From: Gaiellaceae bacterium
GTDB lineage: Bacteria > Actinomycetota > Thermoleophilia > Gaiellales > Gaiellaceae
Direction: 5' to 3'
Assembly (NCBI GenBank): GCA_035763525.1
Contig: DASUAX010000089.1
Coordinates: 884-64,883 of the forward strand
Length of the DNA stretch: 64,000 bases
Shown here piece after piece: positions 38,267 to 49,855 of the stretch; the stretch's first letter is position 1; each line of letters starts with the position of its first letter. Made by a program: the position numbers and the translations under genes. Below the pieces are notes generated by a model. It saw only the letters and a list, made by a program, of their open reading frames with translations. It was not told the origin of the DNA and did no database searches.

Positions 38267-40642
38267 ATGGACGGATACGACGCACACGAGATCGAGAAGA
38301 AGTGGCAGGCGGTCTGGGAGGCCGAGCAGGCTTTCCACGCGCGCGACCCGGAAGCGGGAGACGACCGGCCGCGCTTCTACCAGCTCGAGATGCTGCCGTA
38401 TCCGTCCGGGCACCTGCACATGGGGCACGTCCTCAACTACACGCTCGGCGACGTGGTCACGCACTTCCGCCGTCGCAGCGGGCACGAGGTGCTCCGCCCG
38501 ATGGGGTTCGACTCCTTCGGCCTGCCGGCCGAGAACGCCGCGATCCGCGAGGGCGGGAACCCGCTCGAGATCATCGAGCGGAACATCGCCTCCATCTCGA
38601 ATCAGATGCGTCGCATGGGCTGGGCGATCGACTGGCAGCGCGTGGTGTCGGCGCACGAGCCGACCTACTACCACTGGACGCAGTGGCTGTTCCTGCGGTT
38701 CCTGGAACGCGGCCTGATCTACCGCAAGGAGGCACCTGTCAACTGGTGCCCGAACGACCAGACCGTGCTCGCGAACGAGCACGTCGTCGACGGGCGCTGC
38801 TGGCGCTGCGGCGCGGTCGTCGAGGCGCGGAACATGGCACAGTGGTTCTTCAAGATCACCGCGTACGCCGACCAGCTGCTCGACGACCTCGCGACGATCG
38901 ACTGGCCCGAGCGCACGAAGAAGATCCAGACCAACTGGATCGGCCGCTCCGAGGGCGCCGAGGTCCTGTTCCGGGTCGACGAGCTCGACCTGGACATCCC
39001 CGTCTTCACGACGCGTCCCGACACGCTGTTTGGCGCGACGTTCTTCGTCGTCGCCCCCGAGTCCCCCCTCGTCGAGACGCTGGTCGCAGGCACGGAGCAC
39101 GCCGACGAGGTCCGCGCTTACGCTCGGGTGGCGGCGGCCCGTCCGACGGAGGAGCGGGAGCAGCGCGAGAAGACCGGCATCTTCACGGGTCGGCACGCCA
39201 CGAACCCGGTGAGCGGCGAGCGGATCCCGATCTGGGTCGCCGACTACGTCCTGATGGAGTACGGAACGGGTGCGATCATGGCCGTTCCCGCGCACGACGA
39301 GCGGGACGCCGAGTTCGCCCGCGCGTACGGGCTGCCGGTCGTGACGGTCGTGGGGGAGGACGGAAGGCTCGTCAACTCCGGCGCCTTCGACGGCCGGCCG
39401 GCGGCCGAGGCGAAGGGTGAGATCGTCTCGTGGCTGTCCGAGAGCGGTCACGCGAAGCCCGGCATCAACTACCGCCTCCGGGACTGGAGCTTCTCGCGGC
39501 AGCGCTACTGGGGCGCGCCGATCCCGGTCGTCTACTGCGACTCGTGCGGGATCGTGCCGGTGCCCGACGGCGAGCTGCCGGTGCTGCTGCCGGAGGTGGA
39601 CGACTACCGCCCGAAGGGGAAGCCGCCCCTCGCCTCCAACGAGGAGTTCATGAACGTCGCGTGCCCCTCGTGCGGCGGGCCGGGACGACGCGAGGCCGAC
39701 ACGATGGACACGTTCGTCGACTCGTCCTGGTACTTCCTCCGCTACTGCGATCCGCACAACGGCGACGCGCCGTTCGAGCGGGCGAAGGTCGACGCGTGGC
39801 TGCCGATCGACCAGTACATCGGCGGCATCGACCACGCGAAGGGGCACCTGCTGTATTCGCGCTTCTTCGTCAAGGCCATGAACGACTGGGACATGCTCGG
39901 CTTCCGGGAGCCGTTCCAGCGGCTCTTCCACCAGGGCTGGGTGAGGCTCGACGGGAAGAAGATGTCCAAGTCCCAGGCGGGTGTCTCGCCGGACGAGCTG
40001 ATCGACCAGTTCGGCGCCGACGCGATCCGCATCTACATCCTCTTCCAGGGGCCTGCCGACCAGGACATCGACTGGACGCCCGACGGCATCGACGCGATGG
40101 TGCGCTTCATCCGCCGGTTGTGGCGCGTGGTGCACGAGGCGGCCGCGCGTCCTCCCGCGGAGGGTGCGGTCGACACGCCGCTTGCCCGGAAGGCGCACGA
40201 GACGATCGCCAGGGTCACCGACGACATCGACCGGCGCTTCGTGTTCAACACGCCGATCGCGGCGGTGATGGAGCTCGTGAACGAGCTGTCGAAGGTGCCG
40301 GAGGATGCGGCGGCGCGCTTCGCGGCCGAGACGGCCGTCTCGCTGCTGCAGCCGTACGCGCCGCACGTCTGCGAGGAGCTGTGGGGCGTCCTCGGGCATT
40401 CGCGCCTGTGGGAGGCGTCCTGGCCGGTCGCCGAGGAGTCGATGCTCGTGCGCGAGGAGATCGAGCTCGTCCTGCAGGTGAACGGCAAGGTGCGCGACCG
40501 CGTGCGCGTGCCGGCCGGGCTGTCGGAGGAGGAGCTGGTCGCCCGCGCCCGCGCCTCGGAGAGGGTCCAGGCGCACCTGAACGGCGGCGAGGAGCGCCGG
40601 GTCGTGGTCGTCCCGGACAAGCTCGTCAACATCGTCGTCTGA
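38267..40642 (+). CDS. leuS: leucine--tRNA ligase
   Basis: 791 aa. HMGH (HIGH-type) motif YPSGHLHMGHVLNY, KMSKS motif, and a CP1 editing domain. Confidence 0.97.
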   Translation: MDGYDAHEIEKKWQAVWEAEQAFHARDPEAGDDRPRFYQLEMLPYPSGHLHMGHVLNYTLGDVVTHFRRRSGHEVLRPMGFDSFGLPAENAAIREGGNPLEIIERNIASISNQMRRMGWAIDWQRVVSAHEPTYYHWTQWLFLRFLERGLIYRKEAPVNWCPNDQTVLANEHVVDGRCWRCGAVVEARNMAQWFFKITAYADQLLDDLATIDWPERTKKIQTNWIGRSEGAEVLFRVDELDLDIPVFTTRPDTLFGATFFVVAPESPLVETLVAGTEHADEVRAYARVAAARPTEEREQREKTGIFTGRHATNPVSGERIPIWVADYVLMEYGTGAIMAVPAHDERDAEFARAYGLPVVTVVGEDGRLVNSGAFDGRPAAEAKGEIVSWLSESGHAKPGINYRLRDWSFSRQRYWGAPIPVVYCDSCGIVPVPDGELPVLLPEVDDYRPKGKPPLASNEEFMNVACPSCGGPGRREADTMDTFVDSSWYFLRYCDPHNGDAPFERAKVDAWLPIDQYIGGIDHAKGHLLYSRFFVKAMNDWDMLGFREPFQRLFHQGWVRLDGKKMSKSQAGVSPDELIDQFGADAIRIYILFQGPADQDIDWTPDGIDAMVRFIRRLWRVVHEAAARPPAEGAVDTPLARKAHETIARVTDDIDRRFVFNTPIAAVMELVNELSKVPEDAAARFAAETAVSLLQPYAPHVCEELWGVLGHSRLWEASWPVAEESMLVREEIELVLQVNGKVRDRVRVPAGLSEEELVARARASERVQAHLNGGEERRVVVVPDKLVNIVV

Positions 40643-40706
40643 GTTTTCACACTCCTGGCACGAAGCCGTCTCCCACGCGTGACGGTTCGCCCGGCACGCT
40701 CGAGAC

Positions 40707-41336
40707 GTGGAGACGCTCCCCTTCCATGTCTCGACCCGCCGGCTGCTCGCCGCCCTCTTGCTCGTGGTCGCGCTCGTCGCGGTGGCGGTTCGTCACCTGC
40801 ACGCGCGCGGTGCGCCGGCGGCGCTTGCCGTCGAGCCCATTCGCGCCGCTGCGAAGCCGCTCGCCGGTGGCCGCGTCCGTGCGCGCGCCGCCCCGACGCT
40901 CGTCGTCGACGTCGAGGGCGCCGTCCGGCGACCCGGGCTCGTGCGGCTTGCGACCGGCGCACGCGTCGCCGACGCGGTCGAGCGCGCGGGCGGCGTCACG
41001 CGGCTTGCCGACCGCGCTGCCGTCAACCTGGCTGCGCCCGTCTCGGACGGGCAGCAGGTGCTCGTCCCGCGACGTGGCCCCGCCGGCTCGGTGGCCGGCG
41101 GCGCGGGCACGGCGGCCGGGGCGGGAGCCGCCGGCGCCGCCGCGGGGCCGATCTCGCTCAGCTCGGCCACCGCCGAGCAGCTCGACACGCTGCCGGGCGT
41201 CGGGCCGGTGACCGCCCAGAAGATCCTCGACTACCGCACCCAGCACGGCGCCTTCCACTCCGTGGAGGAGCTCGACGCGATTCCGGGCATCGGCCCCGCG
41301 CGGCTCGCCGATCTGAAGGGGCTGGTCGTCCCCTGA
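40707..41336 (+). CDS. comEA: ComEA-family DNA-binding competence protein
   Basis: N-terminal TM helix, SLBB-like region (VDVEGAVRRPGLV), Gly/Ala linker, and C-terminal helix-hairpin-helix LDTLPGVGPVTAQKILDYR...LDAIPGIGPARL. Confidence 0.85.
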   Translation: METLPFHVSTRRLLAALLLVVALVAVAVRHLHARGAPAALAVEPIRAAAKPLAGGRVRARAAPTLVVDVEGAVRRPGLVRLATGARVADAVERAGGVTRLADRAAVNLAAPVSDGQQVLVPRRGPAGSVAGGAGTAAGAGAAGAAAGPISLSSATAEQLDTLPGVGPVTAQKILDYRTQHGAFHSVEELDAIPGIGPARLADLKGLVVP

Positions 41337-41407
41337 CGCGCCTCCTGCCGGCGCACCTCGTCGCGCTCGCGTGCGTCTGCGGTCTGGCGGCTGCCGACGC
41401 GACGCGC

Positions 41408-42763
41408 ATGCGGGGCGCGGCGTCGGCCGCGCCCGTGGCTCTGCTCGTCGCGATCATCGGGTGGCTGTGCGCTCCGGAAGGCTGGAGGCGAATCGCCGTC
41501 GTGGCTGCGGTCGTGCTTTCCGGCGCGTGGTGGTGGGGAAGCGTGCGGCTCGACGCGCTCGACCGGGGCGCCCTCTCCTCACGCATCGGCACCGCCGACC
41601 GGTTCGTCGCCGTCACCACGGCCGAGGCGCGGCCTGGTCGCTTCGACCAGCGCCAGCGGGCCGAGGTGCGCGGCGAGCCGGTCGAGCTGAAGCTCCGGCC
41701 GGGGAGGTCGCCGCCTCAGGGCGCTCGCCTGAGCGTGCTCGCCGTCGTCCAGGCGCCTCGCGGCGCGAAGGACGGTTTCGACGAGCGGACGTGGTTGCGT
41801 CGCCAGGGCGTGCATGTCGTCCTCGGCGTCGACGAGTGGCACGTCGTCGGGCGTCGCGGCGGGCTCGGAGGCGTCGCCGACCGGCTTCGCAGCCGGCTGC
41901 GGGGCACGTCCGCGCCCGGGCTGACAGGAGAACGGCGCGCGCTCGTCGAGGGTGTGCTGCTCGGCGACGACGCCGGGCTGTCGGACGGTCTCAAGCAGGC
42001 GTTCAGGCGCTCGGGCCTCTATCACCTGCTGGCGGTGTCCGGCCAGAACGTCGTCCTGCTCGCGGCCGGGGTGCTGGGGCTCTTCCTCGTGGCCGGCATC
42101 GGCCGCGTGTACGCGCACGTCGTCACGCTCGCGGCGATCGGAGCCTACGTGCTCGCCGTCGGCCCGCAGCCGTCGGTGATCCGCGCCGCCGTCGCGGGGG
42201 CGGCCGTCTCCGTCGCGTGGCTCGCCGGTCGCCTGCGCGATGCCTGGCACGTGCTGCTGCTCGCGGCATGCGTGCTGCTCACCTGGAACCCCTACACCCT
42301 CTTCGATGCCGGCTTCCAGCTGTCGTTCGCGGCAGTCGTCGCGATCTTCGTCGTCGGAGGGCCGCTGCGCCGCGAGCTCGAGGGGTACCCGATGCCGGCG
42401 TGGCTGCGCACGGCTCTCGCGATCTCGGTCGCGTGCACCGTCGTGACTGCGCCGCTTCTCTGGCTTCAGTTCGGCCGCGTCCCGCTCTACGGCGTCGCCG
42501 CGAACGCGCTCGTCGAGCCGGTGATGCCGTTGCTGCTCGGACTGGCGTTCGCCGCCGCCGCCGTCGATCCGTTCGCGCCATGGCTCGCCGTCGAGCTCGC
42601 GTGGCTGAACGGCTGGGTGGCTGCATACGTGGCAGCGTGTGCTCGCGTGGTGTCGGCGCTGCCGGCGGCGCAGGCCTCCGGCAGCGGCGCCGCCCTCTCG
42701 GCCGCGGCCGCGCTTGCGTCGGTGGCCTTCCTCTGGCGCCGCATCCGGCGGCCGTATCCTTGA
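41408..42763 (+). CDS. comEC: ComEC/Rec2 competence channel, core domain only (start uncertain)
   Basis: Contains FRRSGLYHLLAVSGQNV and multiple TM helices, with no C-terminal metallo-beta-lactamase domain. ATG 41408 is the first in-frame ATG/GTG/TTG codon I found (hand scan, only partly checked upstream). The frame is open back to CTG 41333, which overlaps the comEA stop. Confidence 0.8.
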   Translation: MRGAASAAPVALLVAIIGWLCAPEGWRRIAVVAAVVLSGAWWWGSVRLDALDRGALSSRIGTADRFVAVTTAEARPGRFDQRQRAEVRGEPVELKLRPGRSPPQGARLSVLAVVQAPRGAKDGFDERTWLRRQGVHVVLGVDEWHVVGRRGGLGGVADRLRSRLRGTSAPGLTGERRALVEGVLLGDDAGLSDGLKQAFRRSGLYHLLAVSGQNVVLLAAGVLGLFLVAGIGRVYAHVVTLAAIGAYVLAVGPQPSVIRAAVAGAAVSVAWLAGRLRDAWHVLLLAACVLLTWNPYTLFDAGFQLSFAAVVAIFVVGGPLRRELEGYPMPAWLRTALAISVACTVVTAPLLWLQFGRVPLYGVAANALVEPVMPLLLGLAFAAAAVDPFAPWLAVELAWLNGWVAAYVAACARVVSALPAAQASGSGAALSAAAALASVAFLWRRIRRPYP

Positions 42764-42767
42764 CGGC

Positions 42768-43742
42768 GTGGCAGACGAGCTGAAGCCCGCCTACCTGATC
42801 GCCGGCGGCGACCGGCCGAAGGTCGATCGCGCCGTCGCGCGGCTGCGCGCGCGGTTCGAGCCCGACGCGGTCGAACTCCACGATGCGACGGAGACGACCG
42901 GTGACGATGCGGTCGCTGCCTGCAACTCGCTCGGGCTGTTCGGAGCGGGCAACCGGCTCGTCGTGATCGAGAACGTCGAGGCATGGAAGGCCGCCGACGC
43001 GAAGGCGGTCGCCGGGTACCTGCGCTCGCCGACGCCCGGCACGACGGTCGCGCTCGTCGGCGGCGAGCTGAAGAAGGACGCCCCGCTCGCGAAGGCGGTC
43101 GCGGGGTCGGGCGACGTGCTGATCTGGGACGTGCAGACGAAGGCGATCCACCGCTGGATCGCCGACCAGTTCAAGCTGCACGCGACGCCGGTCGAGGCGG
43201 AGGCGTGCCGTCGCCTCTCGGAGCTCGTCGGCGAAGACCTCTACGAGCTCGCCGGCGAGGTCGAGAAGCTCGCGACCTGGGCCCGGGGCGACGAGGTGAC
43301 GGAGACGGACGTCGAGGCGCTCGTTGCGCCGCGTGCCGGGTCGCCGCCGTGGAACCTGACCGATGCCTGGGGCGCCCGTGACGTCGGCGGCGTCCTGCGC
43401 GCCGCCGAGCGGATGCTCGACCGCACGGGCGATCCCCCGTCGCGGACGATTCCGCGGCTCGTCGGCAGCCTCACGAACCATCTCCGCCGGGCACGAGCAG
43501 CCCATCGCCTCGAAGCCGGGGGCGTCTCTCCGGCCGACGCCGCGGCGAGGCTCGGGATGAAGCCGTACCCGGTGCAGAAGCTCTACGGACAGATCCGGAA
43601 CTACAGCGCGGCAGAGATCGACGCGGCGCTGATCCGGCTCGCGCAGCTCGACCATGCCCTGAAAGGCGGCTCGCGGCTCGCCGGGGAGCTCGAGCTCGAA
43701 CGCGCGCTCGTCGAGATCACGCAGCCGCTCGTCGCGGCCTGA
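42768..43742 (+). CDS. holA: DNA polymerase III delta subunit
   Basis: GTG 42768 (VADELKPAYLIAGGD...). About 324 aa, with position after comEC as in other Gram-positives, and LYELAGEVEKLA and YPVQK motifs. Confidence 0.8.
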   Translation: MADELKPAYLIAGGDRPKVDRAVARLRARFEPDAVELHDATETTGDDAVAACNSLGLFGAGNRLVVIENVEAWKAADAKAVAGYLRSPTPGTTVALVGGELKKDAPLAKAVAGSGDVLIWDVQTKAIHRWIADQFKLHATPVEAEACRRLSELVGEDLYELAGEVEKLATWARGDEVTETDVEALVAPRAGSPPWNLTDAWGARDVGGVLRAAERMLDRTGDPPSRTIPRLVGSLTNHLRRARAAHRLEAGGVSPADAAARLGMKPYPVQKLYGQIRNYSAAEIDAALIRLAQLDHALKGGSRLAGELELERALVEITQPLVAA

Positions 43743-43752
43743 CCCGGGATTA

Positions 43753-44025
43753 CTAGGAGTCGGCGCCCGCGCCGGCCGCGAGCTTCGCCGCCTGCGACTT
43801 CTTCCGCGCCGCGGTGTTCCTGTGCAGGGCGCCGCGGGCGACTGCGCGGTCGATCAGCTTGACGAGGCTCCGGTGCTCCGCCTCGACCGCTGCGCCGTCG
43901 CCGCCTTCGGCAGCGGTCGCGAGGCGCTTCGTCAGCGTCTTCACCTGGGACCGGTAGCGCAGGTTCTCGAGCCGCTCCTCGGCGGCGACGCGCACGCGCT
44001 TCTTCTGCTGCTTGATATTCGGCAT
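43753..44025 (-). CDS. rpsT: 30S ribosomal protein S20
   Basis: 90 aa beginning MPNIKQQKKRVRVAAEERLENLRYRSQVKT. Confidence 0.95.
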   Translation of the reverse strand: MPNIKQQKKRVRVAAEERLENLRYRSQVKTLTKRLATAAEGGDGAAVEAEHRSLVKLIDRAVARGALHRNTAARKKSQAAKLAAGAGADS

Positions 44026-44084
44026 CTCGCAAGAACGCCCGCTCGAGCGGGCGCGATCAGGGTACCAGAGTAACGTTCGCGCCG

Positions 44085-45707
44085 GTGGCCGACGACGCGA
44101 CGACGACCGGTCTCGGCGAGACCGAGGACCCGGGCGCCACCCCGACCGCGGAACGCCCGACGCGCCGGCTCGCCCGCACGACCGCGATCTTCTCGCTCGC
44201 CACCGGGCTCTCGCGCATCCTCGGCCTCGTCCGGGAGATCGTCGCCAAGAGCTACTTCGGCGTCACGGGCCCGGTCAACGCGTTCGAGATGGCGTTCCTC
44301 GTCCCGAACACGATCCGTGCGCTCGTCGCGGACGCGGCGCTCTCGTCGGCGTTCGTGCCGGTGTTCAGCGACCTGATCGAGAAGGGCGAGAGGAAACGTG
44401 CCTGGCGCGTCGCGTCGAGCCTCTTCTGGCTGACGCTGCTCGGCCTCGGCGGCGTCACAGCGCTCTTCATCGTCGTCTCGCCGTGGGTGATGCCGCTGTT
44501 CTATCCGCGCGACCACGACCTGCTCGTCGGCCTCTCGCAGGTGCTGTTCCCGATCGTCGCGCTGCTCGGCGTGTCGGGGATCGTCGTCGGGATCCTCAAC
44601 ACCTACGACGAGTTCTCGATCCCTGCGCTGACACCCGTCGCGTGGAACCTCGTGATCATCGGCGGCCTCGTCCTCGGCATCCCGCACGCGCAGGGAACGG
44701 ACCACAAGCTCTACGTCTACGCCGTCGCGATCCTCGCCGGAACGTTCGTGCAGGTGCTGCTGCCCATCCCGTGGCTGCGCGGCAAGGACGGCCGCCTGCA
44801 GATGGTGATCGACTGGCGCGACCCGGCCGTGCGCCAGGTGTTCAGGCTGATGCTGCCGGTCACGCTCGGGCTCGGCCTGATCAACATCAACGCTCTGATC
44901 GACGGGACGATCGGCAGCTGGCTCGTGAGCAGCAACGCGCCCGCCTCGATCACGGCCGCGTTCCGCGTCTACATGCTGCCGCAGGGAATGTTCTCGGTCG
45001 CGGTCGCGACCGTGCTCTTTCCGTCGCTCGCCCGCTTCGCCTCGCGCGGAGACCTGGCGGGCTTCCGCGACACGACGGCGCTCGGGCTCCGGCAGATCTC
45101 CTTCCTGCTCGTTCCCGCGAGCGTCGTCTCGGCGGTGCTCGCGGAGCCGATCATCCGGCTCATCTACCAGCGAAACGCGTTCACGCCCTCGCAGACGCCG
45201 GTCGTCGCGGCCTGCCTCGCTGCGTTCAGTGCAGGGCTGACCTTCAACGGCACGATGCTGATGCTCAACCGCGCGTTCTTCAGCCTCCAGGAGAACTGGG
45301 TGCCGACGGTGGTGGCGCTCGCCAACCTGATCGTGAACGGGGTTCTCGACGTCGCCTTCTCGCCGCTCGGCATCTGGGGGATCCCGCTCGCGACCTCGGT
45401 CGTCAATCTCGCGGGCACCGTCGCGCTCGTCGTGTTGCTGCGCCGCCGGCTCGGGCGGCTCGAGCTCTCGGAGGTGATGCGGTCCTTCGGCCGCGTCGCC
45501 GTCGCCTCCGCGTTCGCGGGCGCGCTCGCGTTCGCCGTCTGGTGGCCGCTCGACGACGCGGTCGGGCGGTCGTTCGGCGGCCAGATCGTCTCGCTCCTGC
45601 CCGCGCTCGGCGCCGCCACGGCGGGCTACCTGATCGCCTGCCGCGCGCTCGGAGTACGCGAGATGCAGGCGCTACTCTCCCTGCGAAGCCGCGTCCGGCG
45701 CGGCTAG
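44085..45707 (+). CDS. murJ: lipid II flippase MurJ/MviN
   Basis: 540 aa with SRILGLVREIVAKSYFG, AFLVPNTIRALVADAALSSAFVPVF and about 14 TM helices. Confidence 0.9.
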   Translation: MADDATTTGLGETEDPGATPTAERPTRRLARTTAIFSLATGLSRILGLVREIVAKSYFGVTGPVNAFEMAFLVPNTIRALVADAALSSAFVPVFSDLIEKGERKRAWRVASSLFWLTLLGLGGVTALFIVVSPWVMPLFYPRDHDLLVGLSQVLFPIVALLGVSGIVVGILNTYDEFSIPALTPVAWNLVIIGGLVLGIPHAQGTDHKLYVYAVAILAGTFVQVLLPIPWLRGKDGRLQMVIDWRDPAVRQVFRLMLPVTLGLGLININALIDGTIGSWLVSSNAPASITAAFRVYMLPQGMFSVAVATVLFPSLARFASRGDLAGFRDTTALGLRQISFLLVPASVVSAVLAEPIIRLIYQRNAFTPSQTPVVAACLAAFSAGLTFNGTMLMLNRAFFSLQENWVPTVVALANLIVNGVLDVAFSPLGIWGIPLATSVVNLAGTVALVVLLRRRLGRLELSEVMRSFGRVAVASAFAGALAFAVWWPLDDAVGRSFGGQIVSLLPALGAATAGYLIACRALGVREMQALLSLRSRVRRG

Positions 45708-45713
45708 GCGCCC

Positions 45714-47503
<1,790 letters not shown>

Positions 47504-47504
<1 letters not shown>

Positions 47505-47683
47505 TGGCGCTCGAGCTGCGGGCCGCGTGCGAGCGCTGCGGGGCGCCGCTCCCTCCCGACAGCGAGGACGCGCGCATCTGCTCGTTCGAGTGCACGTTCT
47601 GCGCCCCGTGCGCCGACGAGCTCGGCGCGTGCCCCAACTGCGGCGGCGAGTTGCTGCGGCGGCCGCGGCGCAGCTCGTCATGA
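47504..47683 (+). CDS. DUF1272-family zinc-ribbon protein
   Basis: ATG 47504 shares one nucleotide with the lepA stop. 59 aa: MALELRAACERCGAPLPPDSEDARICSFECTFCAPCADELGACPNCGGELLRRP. Confidence 0.7.
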
Positions 47684-48798
47684 GCACGACCGGCGCGCGC
47701 CACCTCTACGTGCACCTGCCGTTCTGCGCCTCCCGCTGCGGCTACTGCGACTTCGTCACCGTCGTCGGACGCGACGGCGAGCACCGGCGCTACGTCACCG
47801 CGCTCCTCCGCGAGCTCGAGCTCGAGCGCGACCTGCTCGCGCCCCGGCTCGAGACGCTCTACCTGGGCGGCGGCACCCCGACGCTCACCCGGCCGGACGA
47901 GCTCGAGCGGCTCCTCACCTCTCTGCCCGCCGCGCACGAGGTCACGATCGAGGCCAATCCGGAGACCGTGACGCGCGATCTCGCGGCTCTTCTCGTGCAA
48001 AACGGTGTCGATCGTGTGTCAATAGGCGCACAAAGCTTCCACATGCACCTTCTGGACGTGCTGGACCGCCGTTCGCGGCCCGAGGGCGTCCGCCGGGCCG
48101 TGCACCGTCTTCGGGATGCCGGGATCGGCAACATCTCCATCGACCTCATCTACGGCGTCCCGGGCCAGGAGCCCGCCCACCTCGAGCGCGACCTCGCCGA
48201 GGCCCTTGCGCTCGAGCCCGAGCACGTCTCCGCGTACGAGCTGGAGGCGAAGCCGGGCACTCGCTTCACGCACGCACACGGCGCGGAGCTCGAGCGCCAG
48301 GCGGATGCGATGGAGTCGTACTTCGAGCGCGTCGTCGAGACGCTGACCGCCGCCGGCTACCGCTGGTACGAGACGGCCAACTTCTGCCGTCGTCCCGAGC
48401 ACGCGGACGGGCGCGACCTGCGAGCGCGGCACAACCTCGGCTACTGGCTCGGGCACGACTACCTCGGGCTCGGCGTGGGCGCAGTCAGCACAATCGAGAA
48501 CAGGCGCTGGCGGAACGCCCCGTCGCTCGCCCGGTACACGTCGGCCCTGGAGGCGGGGGAGCGGCCTGCGCGCGAGCTGGAGGAGCTGCCACCGCCCGTC
48601 CGGGCGAGCGAGCGGCTGATGCTCGGCCTGCGGCTGGACGAGCCGCTCGTGCTCGAGGGGCTGGAGGACGCGCTCGACGAGCCGGAGCTCGACCGGCTTG
48701 CGGACGCCGGCCTCGCCGTCCGGAACGGCGGGACGCTCGCCCTCACCCGGCGCGGTCGCTTCCTCGGCGGCGGCGTGACCGCACGGCTGCTGGCCTGA
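47680..48798 (+). CDS. hemW: radical SAM haem chaperone HemW (HemN-like)
   Basis: ATGA overlap. LYVHLPFCASRCGYCDF (CxxxCxxC) and GGGTPT. Confidence 0.9.
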   Translation: MSTTGARHLYVHLPFCASRCGYCDFVTVVGRDGEHRRYVTALLRELELERDLLAPRLETLYLGGGTPTLTRPDELERLLTSLPAAHEVTIEANPETVTRDLAALLVQNGVDRVSIGAQSFHMHLLDVLDRRSRPEGVRRAVHRLRDAGIGNISIDLIYGVPGQEPAHLERDLAEALALEPEHVSAYELEAKPGTRFTHAHGAELERQADAMESYFERVVETLTAAGYRWYETANFCRRPEHADGRDLRARHNLGYWLGHDYLGLGVGAVSTIENRRWRNAPSLARYTSALEAGERPARELEELPPPVRASERLMLGLRLDEPLVLEGLEDALDEPELDRLADAGLAVRNGGTLALTRRGRFLGGGVTARLLA

Positions 48799-48811
48799 GG
48801 CTCGGCCTACC

Positions 48812-49855
48812 ATGGGAGGGATGCAGATCCTTCTCTCGGAGAGGCAGCGCGACATCCTCCGGCTCGTGGTCGAGGAGTACGTCTCGACCGGGCAGCCGCT
48901 GGGCTCGAAGACGCTCGTGGAGCGAGCGGGCCTCGTCGTGTCGCCGTCGACCGTCCGCTCGGAGCTGGCGGAGCTCGAGCGGCTCGGGCTGCTCATGCAT
49001 CCGCACACCTCGGCCGGGCGCGTTCCGACGGAGTCGGGGTACCGGCTCTACGTCGACGAGCTGCTCACCCGGCCGGAGACCCGCGGCGAGGCGTTCGCGC
49101 TCGGGCTGCCGGCGGCGCGGGCCGAGGTCGAGGAGGCGCTGCAGGCGACGACGGAGATGCTGTCGCAGGTGACGCGCCTGCTCGCGCTCGTCTCGGCGCC
49201 CCCGCTCGAGGCGGCGACGGTGAAGCACGTGGAGGTGCTGCTCCTGCAGCCGGAGATCGTCCTCGTCGTCGTGATCGCCTCGACAGGCAGCGTCACCGAC
49301 CTGCGCTTCGCATTCCCGGAGCCGGTCGACCCGGGCCTCGTCACGTGGGCGGCCGAGTACCTCGACGAGCGCGTCAGCGGTGCCCGGATCGGTTCCCGCG
49401 CGATGAAGCTCGCCTTCGACGAGCCGAGCCTCCGCCCGCGCGAGCGTGCCTTCCTGCAGGCGATCCGCAGCGCCTTCGAGCAGGCGGCGGACGAGAACCG
49501 GCAGCTCTTCGTCGGCGGCACGGCCGGCCTCCTCGAGGACATGCGCGCCGAGGAGATCGGCGCATACCGGAGCCTGATGGAGGCGCTCGAGAAGCGCGCC
49601 GCGCTCCTCGACGTCCTCGCGCAGCGGCTCGACCCCCGGCGCCCGTTCGCGCGGGTCGGCGAGGAGCTCGAGCAGCCCGGGCTGCACCAGCTCGCGCTCG
49701 TGGGCGCCACGTACGGCATCGCCCATCGCACGCTCGGCGCCGTCAGCCTGCTCGGCCCGCTTCGCATGGACTACGAGAAGGCGCTCCGCTCGGTCCGCGC
49801 CGCGGCGTCGGAGCTCTCGCGGTTCGTCGAGGAAGCGTACGGTGACGACCGCTGA
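48812..49855 (+). CDS. hrcA: heat-inducible transcription repressor HrcA
   Basis: 347 aa with LSERQRDILRLVVEEYVSTGQPLGSKTL and HPHTSAGRVPTESGYR. Alternative ATG at 48821. Confidence 0.92.
   Translation: MGGMQILLSERQRDILRLVVEEYVSTGQPLGSKTLVERAGLVVSPSTVRSELAELERLGLLMHPHTSAGRVPTESGYRLYVDELLTRPETRGEAFALGLPAARAEVEEALQATTEMLSQVTRLLALVSAPPLEAATVKHVEVLLLQPEIVLVVVIASTGSVTDLRFAFPEPVDPGLVTWAAEYLDERVSGARIGSRAMKLAFDEPSLRPRERAFLQAIRSAFEQAADENRQLFVGGTAGLLEDMRAEEIGAYRSLMEALEKRAALLDVLAQRLDPRRPFARVGEELEQPGLHQLALVGATYGIAHRTLGAVSLLGPLRMDYEKALRSVRAAASELSRFVEEAYGDDR

Noticed and set aside
38246-40576. 776-aa ORF antisense to leuS. Likewise 45672-47687 antisense to lepA, 17998-19392 antisense to the aminotransferase, and 35730-37601 antisense to the MMPL gene.
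   Set aside because: The sense-strand genes are unambiguous, and the antisense translations are low-complexity Arg/Asp/Glu/Pro strings.
48700-48830. CIRCE operator (TTAGCACTC-N9-GAGTGCTAA) upstream of hrcA-dnaJ.
   Set aside because: I saw no match in the 13-nt spacer or in the 3' end of hemW.
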